Assembly (NCBI GenBank): GCA_965637545.1
Contig: OZ281496.1
Location: 4,092,001-4,156,000 of the forward strand
Direction of reading: 5' to 3'
DNA length: 64,000 nt
Origin: Phallusia mammillata
Taxonomy: Eukaryota
In this document: in pieces, positions 10,819 to 24,141 of the stretch
Position numbering within the stretch: position 1 is the first letter of the stretch
Layout of the letters: every line of letters starts with the position of its first letter
The notes under the pieces: model-generated
Databases searched by the model: none
Told to the model about the DNA's origin: nothing
What the model saw: only the letters and a program-made list of their open reading frames with translations
Made by a program: the position numbers and the translations under genes

Positions 10819-13800
10819 CTTTCTCTATTTTGCTAGCTGCTGAGCAAAAACACTTGAATGAACAATCTCTCAACAACCACATACCGGCAAACAATTACCA
10901 AATTTTTGCCCAACTTGACCCCTTGACCTTGTCAAACAAAATCTCAGTCACATAGAAATATTTATTTAATGTCACCCAACTATCTTTCGTCAAATTCAAG
11001 CAAAACCTTTGTTCATTTTAAAATTTTATTGGCAAAAATTTACGACTGAACGGGAACCTTCGCCCAACTTCGCTCAACTTCGCCCAACTTTTTCGCTACG
11101 CTCACGAACCTCGGCGAATTCGCCCGAATTCGGGCGAAGGCTGCGCTCAGTGTAAACAGTCCCATTGAAACCCATTGTAGCGAAAGGTTCGCTCAACTTC
11201 GCCCAACTTCGCTTCGCTACGCTACGCTCAGTGTAAACGGGCCTTAAAGCTCTAACACAAATCGCTTCATACAGTATAGGCACAAGAACTGAATTGGGGC
11301 ACAGCGCTTAAAATAACAATTGGACTACGACATTTAATACTTCAACGCCTCCAAACAACCTCATACCGTGGGTGTGTACGCGAAGTAATTTAATAGTTGA
11401 AACGAAAACTTTGTTTCGTTGTTTTGGCAAAACATTGTTTTCATTGCTGCAATAACGTTACGTTTTCCATATCAAAGCTTGTGCACAAGTTTCACATAAT
11501 ACATTTCATTTGTGGTTCAAACTAAGACTTCTTTGAAGGCCAGAAAATTCGTGGCAGTACTATTAAAAGTGAGCTGCATCTATAGAAACATTTGTTGCAG
11601 TAATACATGACAACGAAAGCATTGCATAGTTATGGTGCAGCATAATGAAAGTACCAGCTGTGCTTTGTAATTGTGTGAAGCTGACACACACTGACTTAAC
11701 TGTTGAAAAGTATGACCCAACCATCGCAATTACCAATTCTCGGATAAGCCATTTCCATCATGTTATAAAAACGTTGGACTTATTTCTAGTAAAACACGTA
11801 ACTAGCAAAAATAATTCGCTGGTTGCAGAAAAACCTTTCTAATGACCGCATTAAATGTTTTCGCGGTCATGAGTTTTTGTATACAAACATAAGTACGATT
11901 CTATTTGATGTTTTTTTATTGGGCAGATTAACAACCCACATCCTACGAATGGCATGTGACAAGCAACAAAGACAATGTGCATGGGATTGGAGGCAAGGAA
12001 TCGGGAACTATAGGTCAATGGCAGGCTGAGCTAAAATTGAAACACGTTTTAAAGGTTAAATGCTAATTTTGTTTTAATGGCGACGTTCAGTCACTTGATC
12101 GAACTTATATATCAGTACTAATAGAAGATTGTAGCGACCTCACTAGCGTATTTGCTTATGTGCATCAAAGCGTGGTATATGTCTTGCAACATGTAATCAC
12201 CGCCTTATTCTGTAGGGTTCTACATTGTCAGAAGATGTATCACAATTCTAATCAGCAGTCGACACGCTACAGTTCTGCATGTATTGTGCAGCACTGTACG
12301 TTGCTCCTTTGGCTGCTTACCAAGCGGTATAACAGAGAGAAACAGAATCAATCTAATAACTGTAGATCCATTAATATAATGCATAAATAAGTTTTACAAA
12401 TATATTTCACAAGGTTTCACATACATTAAACAGTTTAGGGATTGATTTCTGGGTAAACCAAGCCACTTAACCCAGTTGCAATGTAGCAGTTAACATTGTA
12501 ATGATTAAAAGATCCCACCCTGGTTTACAAACTATTAGTGCATACATGCTATAAACCTAGGTTGAAAAGCGGAACGTGCTTTTCGCGTAGATTTCTGGCT
12601 CGAATTTCAATAAATCGACCTAACTTTATAATTGACATCAACATTTTTTGTTGTGGGTGGTAACTATGTAATTGAGAAGTACTAAGTTTTGCATGTGGTT
12701 GGAAATCAAATTGAAGGCAGTTTATGTAAAGAATAACAGCAAATGTGTAAAAAGTATGTTTTTATTACCGAATGAATTTGTACGATTGAAGCACAAATTT
12801 CATATTTCAATTTCAGTAATAAAACTAAAACGGTTAGAAAGTAACGAAATAATTAAACACAGGTTCCATAATATAGTCGAACCACATGAGTTATGTATTA
12901 CGCGTCAAACCCAGTTGCATAGAGCGGCATCGCTATCGCATAGGCGCCGCAAGTGTATTGATCCGGTTTGAATCACCTGCATTGTGTTACGAGGTTTGTG
13001 ATGGTTTGCGCTGGCAATCTCTAAGTAGGCCGCAGTGTGTTCGGGGTATATGAGGAAACATGAAGCATACAAAGCATTTTAGCTGAGATGTAGCATTATG
13101 ATACTGGTATAGCTGAAACGATTTAAACAAAGCTTTTGCAACACTTGACTCAGCAATTCAGTCACTGACCGATTGATTCAACTGTAAGAACTGGTATTGG
13201 ACAAAGTTTGCTAAATACCGATAGATGGCACAAAGAGCATTTGTAAATTGTCAAGGAAGATTGTATGAAAACGCTGACGGTTTATGCGATTACAGTTGAG
13301 GTGAGGTTTTATAATGAAAATAATTTTAACCTACAAACTTAGTTCTCGTGTTAAATTTAGCCCCTAACTCTATCCCAGACGATCTGTAGTTAAATAATTG
13401 TGCTCTTTACGCCATCTATCGAAACTTAAGAAACTTTATCTGTTGCAAGTTTATTAGTAGCTCTACCCTCGTATACACCCTTGTATAGCAAACGATTTAA
13501 AGGTGTAAGTAAAAGAGGGGGTGCCCAGTCGTGGGGAGCCCTGCAAGCTAACCAACCGTGTTAGGTAAGGGGTGGGGCTTTGATCTTGCTCATTTCAATT
13601 TTAAACTTGGGCGCCAAAGGACTTGTGAGTTTTTTTGTATAATGACCAGGGAAAAAATGCTGTCTTGCCAAATAAAATTAAAAATCGTGCAAACTGCTGT
13701 AAACACGAAAACGTGTTCTGTAAAGCTTACTATTATTAGACTTTTACTATGAGTTTCAGTACATATAGATGGTTAAAATCTTAAATGGTACACTTTATAT

Positions 13801-14388
13801 CAGACTGTTACTCCCAACAAACTGGAGTGGCGTTACAAAAAAACAGCAGCTGCAATGACGGGACTTGTGGATTAAAACAATGGGCACTGTGTGCAGCTTG
13901 CTTCCGCGGAGTTTGAAAAAAGAACGACGACTCACGTGAACAACGTAATACGCGTTTTAACCCAGTTAGATGTAGCGGCATCGATACAGGGTAAGCGTCG
14001 CAACTGTATTGATCCGGTTTGAATCACCTGCGTTGTGTTGCGGGGCTTGCGGTGTGTACGACTGTTTATTAGACCACAGTGTGTTATAATGTCGAAAAGG
14101 AAATTGGCGCATACGAAGAGTTGCAGCTGAGAGGTAGCATTATAAGACTTGTATTGCTAAAATGATTTAGGCAAAGTTGTTGCCACACTTGACTAAACAA
14201 GTTCAAATAAAACATGTTTAAATATAGAAAAGCAAAAATATGCGTACGTAGTATATGTGCAAATATATATAGTTGTAGGTTATATTGGTAGTAGTAACTT
14301 AGTATGTTTAATGATTTATATGTATTGTATATTAGCAGGTATAGTTGATGTATCAAACAGTTGTGTTTTGTCAAACAAAACGTCCAAA

Positions 14389-17300
14389 ATGTCAATTTTG
14401 CTGGTAAAGTTTGCTCTTTTCGTGGGCCTAATGACTTTATTGCATCGAGGTAAGTAAGTTTTGGCAACTATAGCAATAAAACATAGCCATTCAAAAAAAA
14501 TTGTACTCGCGGCATATAAATTTACAAACTAAATATTGCAATTTATCAAATAAAACCATTGAACAATGTGTAAGTTTATTTCTAATGGTAAATCTCATGT
14601 TCAGTGTCGGACGGTCAGTGTCACGAAGCGGAAATAACTACAAGTTCGCTAGGAGTGAACATTTTACCTCAATGTACCACATATACTCGACGTGTCATCC
14701 ACTCACTGGGGGCCACAAGAATGATTACTTATTTTGGAAGTGGAGAGCTAGCTGCAGACAACTTTTGTAAGGTAAAGTCTTATGAGTATAACCTTTAACT
14801 TCGGTACACAAAATGCTGTTGGTGCATTTCTTTTTAAACTGTAGGGCGGACAGTTTGCACACTTTCGATCTTTCTACATCTTATTGCAAGCCGTTGATTA
14901 TTATTTTTTCGATGTTTTAACCAGAAAAAAAAACAGTTTGTATGACACACGTGCGCATATAACACATTTATCTCAACTAGACGATTAAAGTAACGAACCA
15001 AAATCACTTCTTTTTAAATACTTTAACTCGATTTCTGGCTTGTTTCATATTGCCTGCTTGAAAAAAAAATTGTCGTAGACTTGATTTGGAGTTTTAATTG
15101 AAACAAAGTGGTTTTCGGAAAACGTTCGAAATTTGGTTTTGAACAAAACAGGCTGAAATTAGCCTTGACTTTTTACTCGGCCACATTTCTGTCTTATTTG
15201 TTTGACTTGGTTTAAACTGACGTGTTTTACACAATAGTTCGTTCAAGCTCGGTAAGAAGTCTTAACGAAACAAATTGTCATGAATGTGTAAATTTTAACC
15301 TTTAGCCTCATTGTGTTTAACCTAGATTTACGAGGGACCCAACGAGGAAGGTACATTGGCTGGAACGTTGGAAGGTGGAGGTTTATCTTTTCCGGTTTTT
15401 ATTGAAAGCTCTACTGTTTATATAGCTTGTGTCACAAACCTCACAACGGGAACAGTAAAAATCGTATTGCACGCTGGTAAGTCAAATTTAACACGTTTTC
15501 CAAAAAGGTTTCATTTTGTGCAATTCTGAAAAGTCACTTCGTGAACTTGGCCATCCTCTTAAGTTTATGAATTTGGAGTCAAGAGAATATGTTTATTGTG
15601 TGTTATTTTAAGGTTAATACAGGCAAAGACTTTCATTCTGTTAAGTCTCATCAGTGAAACGGGTGAACATTAAGGGTAGAGGTTTGCGCAGCCAGGCCAA
15701 ACAAGTCTCATGTTTTTTGAGTAACAGTTTAAATACATGTGGTTAAGTAACTAAGTAACTGTTCAGGATTCACAGTTGTTTTTATCGGCTGTAATGTGTG
15801 CAGTTGAACTATCAAACAACTTACGCTTATTGTGCATCAGCACGAAAGCTCCTATGGAGTTTTACATTACTGTTTTCTATGTATTTTAGCTACTTTGTGC
15901 GGAGAAGATGCTACCGGCCCGGTTTATAACTTACAGTCTCCAAACTTTCCGAGTAACTACCCAGCTACGTCTGGTTGTGTTTGGAGATTTCGCATGGAAA
16001 GCAGCACGTCCTTGGTGTTTCAATTCTCCACTTTTACCATCGAAAATAACTTTGACCTTTTATACGTAAGTGAGTGGTTATTTCTTTTTAAATTACATTG
16101 CAGAACCAAAACGGACCGAACCAGGTTTTAATCAAGCCTCAGTTTGTTCCGAGTTTGGATTTTTTTTCAAACATGTTTTATTGACACAAAAGCCGAACCT
16201 ATTTTGAAACGCCTGGCTCCAAACAAAACTTTTATTTAAATCACAACTAAGATGAACATCAATTCATAACTGGGATCAGCCCTGAAGCGTCTATGCAGAC
16301 CAGCCATCACGGCACACTCATGTATAAATCACAGTACGCCAGGCCCATTGAAGGCGCTATACCGAATCAGCCGGTCACCAAGCATTCACCACCATATGGC
16401 AAGGCGTAGGCTAGAAAAATCTAGCCTGCGGTGGGATTCGAACCCACGACAGGAGTCTTTCCGGGACTCGCGCTCTACCAACTGAGCTAAACAGGCCCAG
16501 TGGAGAATCCGCCGAAAGTCGAATCACAAGCACCGTTGCCTGCCTCGTATGCTGCACATGTCAGCTTCGTAGTAGGGGATCGCCAGATTGACCAGTATCA
16601 GGTAAGATGAACATAAATTCATAACTGGGATCAGCCCTGAAGCGTCTATGCAGACCAGCGATCGAGGCACACTCATATATAAATATCACAGTACGCCAGG
16701 CCCATTGAAGGCGCTATACCGAATCAGCCGGTCACCAAGCATTCACCACCATATGGCAAGGCGTAGGCTAGAAAAATCTAGCCTGCGGTGGGATTCGAAC
16801 CCACGACAGGAGTCTTTCCGGGACTCGCGCTCTACCAACTGAGCTAAACAGGCCCAGTGGAGAATCCGCCGAAAGTCGAATCACAAGCACCGTTGCCTGC
16901 CTCGTATGCTGCACATGTCAGCTTCGTAGTAGGGGATCGCCAGATTGACCAGTATCAGTTAAGATGAACATAAATTCATAACTGGGATCAGCCCTGAAGC
17001 GTATATAGAATACATCGTTCAGACGTTTTAATAATCTCTGTTGTCATCATCAGTGGAGGTTGTCAATCAAGCTGTAGAACGCGGTATATAAAGCACTAAG
17101 AAAAAAAGGTAAATGCCAGGTGTGTGAAGTGACGTTACAGGCGATAACAGGGAACTGGCGTTTAGAACGGTGACGTAGAAAAAAGATAAGAACCGAAGAA
17201 ATAGGTCAGGTGTTGAACAGACGCAAGGGCATGGAAACTGTGTCGATGTTGAGCTCGGAGTCATGCTTTTTGAATAGAAAGCGATTCGAGAAACAACAGT

Positions 17301-20300
17301 TTTACACGGTCTTGGCTCGGCAAAATTAACTTTATGTGTGGGATTCGAAAAAATGTGCCGACACACTTCTGAATTTTGGTCCATGCGATGTTCTTAGAGT
17401 CCTACAGACAGATTTGGTCGCGTTTCCCCAATATATGAAGCGCCGCAGTTGCAAACCAACCGGTAAACAACGTTAGTTCTCTCGATATGTTCCTGGTGCT
17501 TTTTTACAGGAAAATACTGTGAAAGTTTGTTCGTTTCATGGATAAGACGCAAGCGGATGTTGGCCCTGGTTCGACAAATATAACGCTCCAATTTCCTATT
17601 GACTCTCACATCACAGATCGCCATTTTACCAACAGCATTTTTGTTTTGATTATCTAACTAAACCACTCAAAGAAATCCATTTTACCGTTGCCTAAAAATC
17701 TAGAAAAAAATTGTTATTCTTTCACTCGTAGATAGAGATTATTTTGAGTGCAATCACGTCCTGACTGTTGTTTATTTAGTATTTGTTCCCAATGGTTACT
17801 TAGCCGCTAACAAACTCTCCAGGCACTCGAAACCCAGTCAGAGCGGTTATTACACCCAAATTTCTGTGAAAAGCAGTTTTATTCCATTGACCAACCCCAG
17901 ACATGTTTTTGCGGCGTCATCACTTCCCTTTTTTCTCCCGCGCCTTATGCACCCCCGATTTAAACCAGAGTTTTTCCACTAGATCAATGGAGCGAAATTA
18001 TTTTCAGTTTAAAGACGACCAAGGAAATGTAGAAAGATTGACTGGACATTATGGTGGAGGATTGAATCACACAGTTACTGCGACAAATCTTACTCTTATC
18101 TTTATCAGCGACGTTTCCGGTACTCAGCAGGGATTTAATGCGACGGTCAACCTTCCCTCAGGTTAGTGCTATTTGGTTTTAGAAAGCAAAAGACAAAAAA
18201 CAAATCGGACAATGAATGTTTTAGGTACATTTTCAAAGGTTGATACTGATGGAAAAAATTAAACTTTCCGAATTACCCGTAAAGTAAATGAGATTATATT
18301 AAATTGATTTGCACCATATCATGTTCATTATTTGCCATTTTGTCAATTCAGTGGCATCGAGCTGTAATTTTTTAGGTTGTGAAAAAGGGAAAACAAAACC
18401 CATTAGGTTCTTCTTGTAGAAAACTACAAAAATAGTTTTGAAACGCAAGTTTAGTGAAATGGGCTGAAGCAAAATTTTATCTATGCAATGCGGAAATGCA
18501 GATAATTTAATCAATCTTGTTATTTGGTTCAAAAACTTTATCTATCCAATGCAGCAAGGTGCCTGTTATTTAGTTCAAAAGGGGTAACCTAACTAAAAGT
18601 AATGTAATGTTTTTTGCAGGAACGGAACAATCAATGAGCGTGTGCCAGACTGAAAGTTTGACCATCCCGTAAGTTCTTCTTTTTTTTCTTTTTGATTGAT
18701 GTAACATTAATAAACCTTAAGAGATTAGTAATGATTGGGTTACTTTAGATATTTGATTTTTGGCATAGTGTTTTTAGACATCGCACAAAAACTTCGATTG
18801 TACAAATAAAATATAAGCTTTAAAGGTATAAAGGTATAAAGAAGGAAGAATTGGATTCAAAGTTTCCAACCAAATAGTTCAAAAACCAGTTACGTTACGC
18901 ATTGAGCAAAACGCAAACGTATCAAGTATACTGTCACCGCTATAGTTGCTATTCGCAGGGTAACAGCTGATGAACAGACCACATTAGACTATGAACTCGG
19001 TGACACACTCTACATCGCATTGGACAGGGAAACTCCCCTTTCTCTACTTAATGACAACTGCAAGGTCACGGGGGCAGACCCGGTGTTTGTGTTTGACATT
19101 GGTCAGTGTGAAGGTGCCTACAAGGTAACATACGATTATTTTATATATTGACGCTGCATAAACTGATTAACAACGCTCAGGCAAATCATCGGTTACTTAT
19201 TTAAACAATGAAAAAACATAGTTAGCAAAGATGAATGGTATTTGAATTTAACGCGCCAATAAACTAAAGGATTAACATTGTTTGGTTTTGTAAACTTTTT
19301 TGCGTTTGTACTGAGAATGATTACGTACATTTTTTGTAATAACAGAATGAGAACGATATGGTGTCAGTGTCGTTCCTGATCTGGAGATTCCTAGCTCCGT
19401 CTACTGCCGTGATCCAACGCGACGTGCAAAACAAGCTCAATGTGACTTGTCTATTTGAAGCCGATCAACTTCTCACGTCATCCAACGTCCAACCTCAAGC
19501 TGGGTAAGGCGACAACAAAGGCACATGCCATATGTTACTTGGCACACGACATCAGTTGGTAATTATTTCATTGTGCAATGTTAGTTTTATCATCACTAGT
19601 ACTAGCCAAACATTATGAAAAGTAACCAATAAAAACAAGAAAATGAAACTATAGTTCTAAATCCCTATAGAAATATGTTTAATTTTCTTCGAAATAACAA
19701 TGTGCAGATCCGTTGAAATTTCGGCCGAGAATACAGGAAACTTTGACGTCGCTCTAAATCTTTTTACAAACGAACATTTCAACGAAAGCTTGCCCGGGGA
19801 AGTCACTGTGCCCAAAAACATTTTTGCTGAAGTTAAACTTGAAGAAATTTCTCCAAGCAACGATGACTTCATTGTCCAGGTAAAAAAGTAAAACAAACTT
19901 ATTGAAGCAAAATGGATAACAAACTCACATGATACACTTGTGTTTTTTAGTTGAACAGAAATATGTTACTTAAGTCATTGTTTTGCTTTGTATGCAACAT
20001 AGTTGAGAGCTCACCCGAAATTCAAGCCCGAACCCGAATCGTTTTGAATAAGCCGGTTAAGGCCCAAAAGTTTGTCTGACAGACATATACATCAAAGCCT
20101 GCAAAAGTACAGAATATGTAATTACAATGGTTACGGTCATACAATGTGAAGTCAGGTCCGAATTAACCCAATTGGTAAAAAATAACATCTGAATCGACCC
20201 AAAATGTCCGGTCCGTACTCTGGTGTGTAACTTGGTTTTGTATTTTAAACATAACTCCATCTTTAAGCCTTCCTTTAAATAAAAATTTTGAAACCTATCT

Positions 20301-22030
20301 AAAACAAACCTTATTCCGTGATTTAATATTGAACATCCAAACAATATATAATATACTGTTCATATGAATTTGGTACACTGTTTGTGCACAGCTTGAAGAA
20401 TGTTGGGCGACACGAGTTGAAAACGCCAGTGGTTTGCCGAACTACCTTGTTGTAGCAAGCGGGTAAGCAGTAGTTGTGTTTGACATGCTCTTGCTTTTCG
20501 AACGGTGCATTCTATTTCAACTTTTTTTTTTCACGGGGTTCGAACCCAGGACTCTCCCGGGGACGAATCCCGATCAGGTTTTTTATGTCTGTATATGGGT
20601 CAGGCGCGCCAGACCGTTCGGCCAAGTTCCTGCCCTATTTCAACTTGCTTACATTGATGTGAATATTATTAGATGCATTGCGCCACCCAGTGGAGGCGAG
20701 GCAGCCGATGCAAAGATGTTAATGCGGAATTACAAATCCAACTTTGCGACGTTCAAGCTGATGAGCTTTGTGTGGACAAACTTTACCGACGCAGAACAAT
20801 TTATCTACATCCACTGCGACGTGACCATCTGTCAAAACTCAACTGGACAATGTCCTGGACAGGTGAGTTGAGTTTGTTTGTTGTGTTATGCTCATAAAAA
20901 GTACTTCGTCCAGCTGCTTACATCATTGCAAGTAAAGTGGATTATATTTGATTTACTTATTTGTCAATAAGTTTGCTTTAATTGAAATTAACATAGAAAA
21001 AACAAGATGTTTGAGTTTTTTCAGATTACATTTAGCTGCTTCATTTATCCTTAATAATACTTATATACATCAAAAAAAATTATAAATATTATACTGATTT
21101 GCAGATGTGTGGTGGGAAAAAAAGACGATCTTTTGACAACAAAGGACGCAGCCATCGAGTTTCTGCAGGGCCAGTGCACTTCTTACAAACTACCAAGTAT
21201 TTGCTTATGCAAGGTACCAACACAATAATTAAACTCTTCTACATATTAACTTAGTTCAGGACAAATTACTGCAGTTGCCTATGTTTCAAGTTATCAAATT
21301 GTTGTATTTATCAAGTAAAACCATTGGGGACATATTTACTACAGCTATATTAGGCCTCAATTATTAAATATTTCTCCTGTTTCTATGACAGTGAATTTGT
21401 TTGTTTGTTTTAATTTCATCCTCGATGGGCCGGCAACGCCTAAATGCGTTAACTAACAGTCATTAGAACTCACAAACTATTGAACACAAGTCGGTTGTAC
21501 TAAACCACTCGGCCAACTTGGCTAACTTATGCATCGCTTTTTTGAAGTTTTATGTAGGAAACATTCTCGGCCTTGAGTTGACCAGAAAACAAAAAAGTTA
21601 CTTTAAAAACGAAATACTTAGTACTGAATAATGGTATGCGATGGGTTCGAATCCCACCATCAACTGAATGTTTAATCTACGACTTCTGGTCGCACTGAAA
21701 TGCATTGATAATCAGCTTGATTCGGCATTAAGTTTCTTGGTCTCGTTCGATGTATATATAAGAATAGTATTATTTTTAGTCTGCATGAAGTGTTAAGCTC
21801 TAGTTCCCGTAACAAATGCTTTCCATGCACATATGTTTATCTAAGTTAAACCTTCTTTTTCTGCAGACACTCTAGGAGACAGAAATGAAGCTAATGAAGC
21901 TAATGAAGCAGCTTATAACATCTTCCAACTTGGGATGTTTGTTCTTCTGGCTGCTGTAATTTTTGCAGCCGGTTACCTCGTATGGGGCATAATTGCCCAA
22001 AATCCAAAATCTAAACAAACTGGTCTGTAG
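14389..22030 (+). CDS. Gene A1: signal peptide - divergent CUB-like - CUB - ZP module - furin site - TM, 595 aa, 13 exons (CUZD1-like architecture)
   Basis: join(14389..14449,14605..14771,15326..15476,15890..16065,18008..18161,18620..18668,18959..19124,19346..19503,19708..19879,20392..20462,20673..20862,21105..21213,21867..22030) = 1788 nt, open, GT-AG. Signal peptide MSILLVKFALFVGLMTLLHRVSDG; CUB LQSPNFPSNYP..CVW..FISD..GFNA; ZP LEECWAT, IYIHCDVTIC; KKRR followed by VSAGPVHF (EHP-like); hydrophobic TM. Confidence 0.9.
16248..17002 (-). repeat. Two full (355/357 bp) and one partial head-to-tail units containing a tRNA-like Pol III cassette (SINE-like) in A1 intron 4
   Basis: Units start at 16248, 16603 and 16960. 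The tRNA-like segments at 16423-16496 and 16780-16853 have A box TAGCTCAGTTGG, B box GGTTCGAATCC and a GAGTC/GACTC stem. The unit body is homologous to 63030-63150 and is absent from A2 intron 4. Confidence 0.8.
17003..17640 (-). mobile_element. Decayed 3' fragment of a Penelope-like retroelement (GIY-YIG endonuclease)
   Basis: VVYRLVCNCGASYIGETRPNLSVGL*EHRMDQNSEVCRH, with an in-frame stop; tail carries a degenerate ctgatgatgac...aaaacgtc motif. Confidence 0.8.
20524..20634 (-). mobile_element. Short tRNA-derived retroposon (~111 bp, poly-A tail, 12-bp TSD) in A1 intron 10
   Basis: CTATTTCAACTT at 20512-20523 and 20635-20646; A box TGGCCGAACGG, B box GGTTCGAACCC; the equivalent A2 intron is 103 bp vs 210 bp here. 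Confidence 0.75.
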
Positions 22031-23732
22031 ATAACATTTCGCAATAACTTTTCACAGATAACATTGTACTGTTTCTGACCACATAAAAACTCTTAAAATT
22101 TTCCCCCAAACAACAACTAAACTTAGATTTCAAACTAGAGGGTTCAAAGCTAGTCATTACAGTACATGGAATATTTACTGCTTATATTTACTATTGTTGT
22201 CTGAAAAAATACCTTGTCGAAGTGTTTATGTTTCTATGACTGAAAAACAATATAATCGGATGCAATTGATACTGTGTGCGTATTGGTTATATGGCCACCA
22301 AAGTCACATTTTTGCTTTTCACGTTTCAATTAGCCATTTTAGAGTAGCATGTATCTCTTAATTAAATTGTGAGAGGAACTACTACGAAGTTTGTAACATT
22401 ATAAGCAAATTGCTGTTTTTTTAATAGTTGCTACATTTGCATGATTCATAGGAACCACTAAGTAAAACTAGAATGGAAGTTTAGAAATGGCAGTCACAGC
22501 CAGAATAAAGTTTTATGGTCAAAACATTTACTGGTTAAGTATTAAACAAGTTTTTGGATGTCGAGAGGAAATATGCTTAACAAGCTTATTTGTGGTGGAT
22601 TTGGTTTGCAAGTTGGGATTGTTTCTTATGGTGACTGAATACGATTTTATTTTTAACTTAATGCCTCCACCTAGTGTATTGATTGTTTCCAACGTTACAT
22701 TTAGTTTCGGATACAAACCAACCTACGACAAACATGTATAATCTTTTGAATCAAACCTTCACAAACAAATACACATTTTACATATTTATGTTTCAAAGAA
22801 AATCCATGAGTTTCGTTGCTCTATTAGTCTGGTATTTTAACGGTTTAGATTTCGTTGGTCTTATCTATTTTAACATTTTTATTCATTAAATGTTTTGACC
22901 AGTGGAAACACATATGTTTATATTTAACTGTAATTGTTTAATAATTTGGATTTCACCTTATTTTTTATTATGGCACCTTTAAAACGTACCGCTAGTTTGC
23001 CATATTTATTAACTACTGTCACGCACCAATGATTTTGACATCGACGAGTCGCGCCTGCACATCTGTAATTGTCCGGAGAGGTCATGTGAGTTTTGTGCTG
23101 CCATGTTTCGTGCTATATTTAAGGTAGTTCTTGCCTGGGCCTTATGGTGTTTAGAGCGTTCGCATTGTAGCTGCAAAACATGGCGGTGTTGTGTTGTAAC
23201 TTATTGAAACTTTGGAGATAGCCAACGTCCTTTCAGTTTTATATTTATTATTTGTATTAAACTTACATTAGTTGTTCAGTGTGAACATTACACCTTTGTC
23301 TTTAGCAGTCAGCCGTCAGTGCAGGAGAAATCTATTAAGTTAAAGGCGGTGATCCGCTATAATAGTGGATAGGGTTGGGTAAGCTTACTCTGTTCAGTGA
23401 AAGTTAACCACCTCGCCTTTCCCTAAAATCCTAGGCCAAATCCGGGTTCACCTAACTAATTTCGGTTACAATTATACCGATTTTTAATATTTTTACCTGA
23501 ATCAAATGGTGTGTCGGTGGCGTTGTAAATGACCAAAATGTTTGCTTGTGCTGGGAAAGTCTCTGGCATGTTCGACCGAACGTCAATTCACCAGTTTGAT
23601 TGCTTCCTCTTGTATTTGAGCTGTAACTGTGTCGTCATTGGCGTCGCTTTGCAAGTAGGCGCTTGATAAATAAATGTGAGGCAATATTGAGAAGTTTCAG
23701 GTTTCCAACCGGAGTGCCGCTATACCCTAATG

Positions 23733-24058
23733 CAGGGGTTCCCAACCTTTTTACGATCTCATACCAAATGGACGCTCTCTACTGCCACGCGTACCACTTC
23801 CTGCAGAACAACTAATTGGCTCGACATATATTTAATTGAGAATAATAATATTGGCCTACTAAACACTAAAGCACCACAACCAAATTTAACGAGATTTTTG
23901 TGTTTGTTTACTGTCTACCAATTGGTCGATGCGCGGTGTAAATTTGCTAACAGCGCATCGAAAGTCATTTCCGGGCGCACCCAGTTTTTGTGAAAAAAAC
24001 GGAAGCTACTGGCGTACCACCTGAAAAACCTTCGCGTACCACAGGTTGGGAACCCCTG
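23733..24058. mobile_element. hAT-type MITE, 326 bp, just upstream of the B1 start codon
   Basis: TIR CAGGGGTTCCCAACCT / AGGTTGGGAACCCCTG; perfect 8-bp TSD CCCTAATG at 23725-23732 and 24059-24066. Confidence 0.9.
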
Positions 24059-24141
24059 CCCTAATGTGACATGTTTGTTGCAGAGGGTGCAGATTTCAGG
24101 TACTTAGTGATATTGCTGTTAATTATATCTCCAAAGTAAAA

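Larger units (their letters stand above)
7190..11244 (+). mobile_element. Autonomous PIF/Harbinger DNA transposon, 4055 bp
   Basis: 38-bp perfect TIRs (AGGCCCGTTTACACTGAGCGTAGCGTAGCGAAGCGAAG); TAA TSD at 7187-7189 and 11245-11247; empty site ctaTAAagctc near 37340; convergent transposase and MADF genes inside; subterminal agcga/ttcgc repeats. Confidence 0.95.
3763..13980. repeat. Intergenic spacer, copy 1 (about 6.2 kb after removing the Harbinger insertion), paralogous to 33820-40080
   Basis: Colinear match starting ctagacattttgagtaagttggttactagtc at 3763 and 33820. The central part is nearly identical (about 4 differences in ~700 bp for 11700-12400 vs 37800-38500). Confidence 0.9.

Noticed and set aside
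16423-16853. Two functional tRNA-Ser(GGA) genes
   Set aside because: C at position 33, an extra base before the anticodon stem, an acceptor mismatch, no long variable arm expected for Ser, and embedding in a dispersed repeat.
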